The position numbers were made by a program, and so were the translations under genes. Source: Microcystis aeruginosa NIES-2549 (GTDB lineage: Bacteria; Cyanobacteriota; Cyanobacteriia; Cyanobacteriales; Microcystaceae). Taken from it: a stretch of 32,000 nucleotides of DNA. Below are positions 29,550 through 32,000 of the stretch, piece by piece. Where the stretch lies: the NCBI RefSeq assembly GCF_000981785.2, contig NZ_CP011304.1:4230001-4262000 (forward strand), read 5' to 3'. Within the stretch, counting starts at the first letter, position 1. Every line of letters starts with the position of its first letter. The notes under the pieces are model-generated. The model saw only the letters and a program-made list of their open reading frames with translations. It was not told the origin of the DNA and did no database searches.

Positions 29550-30104
29550 TTAACTGACTTTACACTCAACCCCAAAACCGACCAAGAGAACTTTTTCTAA
29601 GGGTTCCCCCTGCTGGGGACGTTGATAGTTAATAATTTTGCGAATTCGCAGGTCTGGATTGATTAAAGTAATTGAATCCACGGAAACACTGCGAGTGTAA
29701 TTGGTGGTCATTAATAACTCTCTGGTGGTGGAATCAAAGCGAAAAGCGGAGATAATTGGTCTTGCTTCTTCGTAGGCGCGATCACGAAGATAATCCCCTT
29801 CTAAATAACCGTTATTTTCTGCTTTAACCACAAATAAAAGATTAAGATTTTGTCGCACTTCTTCCCCTTTTTCCGAGATGGTATAGAAACCTAAATTAAA
29901 CCCGGGGATACTTTCTAAATCCGCAATATCAGGATAGTTATTATCTGTTAGAACTTTCTGTTTAATCTCCCTAGTCAGGGGTTGGATAAGAAATTCAGTA
30001 CGGGAACGTTCCACTTCTTGATCCGCTAGATAATGATAGGTTCTTTCTGTTTGCCAACTACCGACACAATAGGCAAAAAATTGCTGAAAAATTTCGGTAT
30101 TCAT
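29550..30104 (-). CDS. Phycobiliprotein (bilin) lyase, CpcS/CpeS family
   Basis: N-terminal FFAYCVGSWQTERTYHYL resembles the FF..S.G.W.S.R..HHL signature of S-type lyases. Lipocalin-like size of 184 aa. Confidence 0.6.
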   Translation of the reverse strand: MNTEIFQQFFAYCVGSWQTERTYHYLADQEVERSRTEFLIQPLTREIKQKVLTDNNYPDIADLESIPGFNLGFYTISEKGEEVRQNLNLLFVVKAENNGYLEGDYLRDRAYEEARPIISAFRFDSTTRELLMTTNYTRSVSVDSITLINPDLRIRKIINYQRPQQGEPLEKVLLVGFGVECKVS

Positions 30105-30131
30105 AGACTTAATTCTCCTCTTGTCAGTATT

Positions 30132-31115
30132 TTAATTTTGAGTTATTTTATCAGTAACTTGTTCCCTATTTTCAAAACCATAACAATCTCGAACCAGATA
30201 AAGTGGCCGGCCTTTTACTTCCTCATAAACCCTGCCAATATATTCGCCAATAATACCAAGAGTGAGTAATTGAATTCCTCCTAAAAATAAGACAGTAACC
30301 ATCAGAGAAGCGTATCCGGGTACATCGATTCCTAAAATAATAGTCCTAAGAATTAAAAAACTAGCATAAACAAGACTAATAAATGCAATGATAAACCCTA
30401 CATAGGTCCAGACCTTCAGAGGTAAAAAACTAAAAGAGGTAATACCATCGATGGCAAAATTCCATAATTTCCAGTAATTCCATTTAGTTTGTCCTTGATA
30501 CCGGGGTTCTCGATCGAATAAAATTGATGTCTGTTTATATCCTACCCAAGCAAATATACCTTTCATAAATCTTTGACGTTCGGGCATCTTTTTAATTGAT
30601 TCTACCACTCGGCGATCAATTAAGCGAAAATCTCCCGTATTAGGGGGAATAGGAACCCGACTTAATTTATTAATGACTTGATAGAAACCTTCTGCGGTGA
30701 AACGTTTCAACCAACTTTCGCCAATTCTAACCCGACGGGACGCATAAACCACATCATAACCCTGCTGCCATTTTTCGATCATTTCGGCAATTAATTCTGG
30801 CGGATCTTGTAAATCAGCATCAATAGGAATGACTGCCATTCCTTGACTGTAATCAATTCCTGCTGACATGGCAATATCTTTACCAAAATTACGCGATAAA
30901 TTAACCACTTTAATTTGTGGGTAACGTTGATGATATTCTACGAGATTTTTGAGAGTATTGTCACGACTACCATCATTGACGCAAACGACCTCATAACTGG
31001 TATTTATTGTCTCTAAAACCGCGAAAAGTCGCCTAAAGAGAACATCGATATTTTCTTCTTCGTTATACAGAGGAACAACAACAGATATTTTCACAGGTAT
31101 TTGATTTGATAGCAT
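30132..31115 (-). CDS. Family 2 glycosyltransferase (polyprenyl-phosphate sugar transferase type, GtrB/ArnC/DPM1-like) with two C-terminal TM helices
   Basis: ISVVVPLYNEEENI, VCVNDGSRD, IPIDADLQDPP and GDFRLIDRR motifs. Hydrophobic C-terminal segments. Confidence 0.85.
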   Translation of the reverse strand: MLSNQIPVKISVVVPLYNEEENIDVLFRRLFAVLETINTSYEVVCVNDGSRDNTLKNLVEYHQRYPQIKVVNLSRNFGKDIAMSAGIDYSQGMAVIPIDADLQDPPELIAEMIEKWQQGYDVVYASRRVRIGESWLKRFTAEGFYQVINKLSRVPIPPNTGDFRLIDRRVVESIKKMPERQRFMKGIFAWVGYKQTSILFDREPRYQGQTKWNYWKLWNFAIDGITSFSFLPLKVWTYVGFIIAFISLVYASFLILRTIILGIDVPGYASLMVTVLFLGGIQLLTLGIIGEYIGRVYEEVKGRPLYLVRDCYGFENREQVTDKITQN

Positions 31116-31145
31116 ATTAATTTAACAAAAAACTAGAAAAATTTT

Positions 31146-32000
31146 CTAACAAATATCAGCAACTAAAACTTGTTCGTACTTAGTGGCTGCTTGCTGCCAA
31201 GTATAATTATCTTCGATTAACTTGCGAGCATTTCTAGATAATTTTTCTCGCAACTCTGCCGATTCAAAAAGACTACTAATCGCCGTACAATATTCCTCAA
31301 TACTATTAGCCCTTAAGGCTGCTAGAGGAACATTATTTCCTTCCACTGTTAATCCTTCTAAACCTCGATCGCTGGCTACCACTGGCACCCCCGCAGCCAT
31401 AGATTCTAGGGTTTTAAACTTCATTCCAAAACCTGTTCTTAGGGGAATAACTGCCACAGTTGCCTGATGAAGATAGGTGGTCATTGACGGTACTCGTCCC
31501 GTCACAATTACTCCTTTTAACTTAGTTAATTCTTGCACTTCTAGGGATGGATTAGCACCGACTAGAGTTAAAGTAGTATCGGGATAAGTAATTTGAATAC
31601 GAGGTAAAATTTCCCTAGCTAAAAAACAGGCCGCATCGATATTAACCCAATAATCTAACCCACCGATAAACACTAAATTGTGTCCAGAAGGATCCTCGGT
31701 ACGATAGGGAAACAAATCTAAATCTACTGCATTAGGAATTAAATAAATTTCTCCATTGGGAGCAAATTCTTCCATTTGTTTTTGATCATCATCGGTAGTG
31801 ACGACAATTTTTGAGAATTTCTGCACAGTTTTTTGTTCGTAGCGACGCAGGAGAGGAAGGTAGAGACGATCCCGTAATTCTTGACTAGAAACCCCAATTT
31901 CTAATTGACTTTTGCCGGTTTGATAGAGGGAACTATGCACATCAATTACTGTCCTAATTTGCTGTTTCCATTGAGGACGAATATAAATTTCATTAACACT
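31146..32000 (-). CDS. Family 4 (GT-B, Glycos_transf_1) glycosyltransferase; N-terminus outside window
   Basis: The frame stays open upstream of the GTG at 31940 to the window end. C-terminal domain motif GFGMKFKTLESMAAGVPVVASDRG. Confidence 0.8.
   Translation of the reverse strand, partial: SVNEIYIRPQWKQQIRTVIDVHSSLYQTGKSQLEIGVSSQELRDRLYLPLLRRYEQKTVQKFSKIVVTTDDDQKQMEEFAPNGEIYLIPNAVDLDLFPYRTEDPSGHNLVFIGGLDYWVNIDAACFLAREILPRIQITYPDTTLTLVGANPSLEVQELTKLKGVIVTGRVPSMTTYLHQATVAVIPLRTGFGMKFKTLESMAAGVPVVASDRGLEGLTVEGNNVPLAALRANSIEEYCTAISSLFESAELREKLSRNARKLIEDNYTWQQAATKYEQVLVADIC

Overview
Cyanobacterial chromosome segment, probably Microcystis-like. That placement is an inference from HIP1 GCGATCGC sites in the core genes, heptamer tandem arrays, many MITE-like palindromes and the phycocyanin operon. 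All calls come from reading the sequence and remembered family motifs; no searches were run.

Core genes, in order:
- ddl (partial), a Uma2-type nuclease, ribBA
- the cpcB-cpcA-cpcC operon
- an M20 amidohydrolase, argB, a small orphan ORF and a solitary HlyD-type adaptor
- iscA/hesB-type, mraY, a DUF3134-like ORF, NUDIX/mutT, ycf65 (PSRP-3)
- atpD-atpC, a PEP-CTERM protein
- groES-groEL with a perfect CIRCE plus a K-box
- curT, pcrA/uvrD, metK (TTG start), a CpcS-type lyase, a GT2 and a partial GT4 glycosyltransferase

Two things are missing from, or masked in, the ORF track. A textbook Yfr1 sRNA lies at about 27580-27650, inside the spurious 5' extension of the metK ORF. Several MITEs are present, one with a filled site and an empty site both visible in this window.

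The only accessory region is an AT-rich, HIP1-free island at about 9.95-15.0 kb. It carries an intact IS607-type tnpA/tnpB, a tightly packed single-chain beta-class DNA methyltransferase fused to an Mrr/PD-(D/E)xK-like nuclease domain, a doubly truncated Rpn-family nuclease pseudogene, and a decayed second IS607-like element.

I see no convincing novel multi-gene system. The methyltransferase-nuclease fusion abutting the TnpB right end is the best candidate for a closer look.
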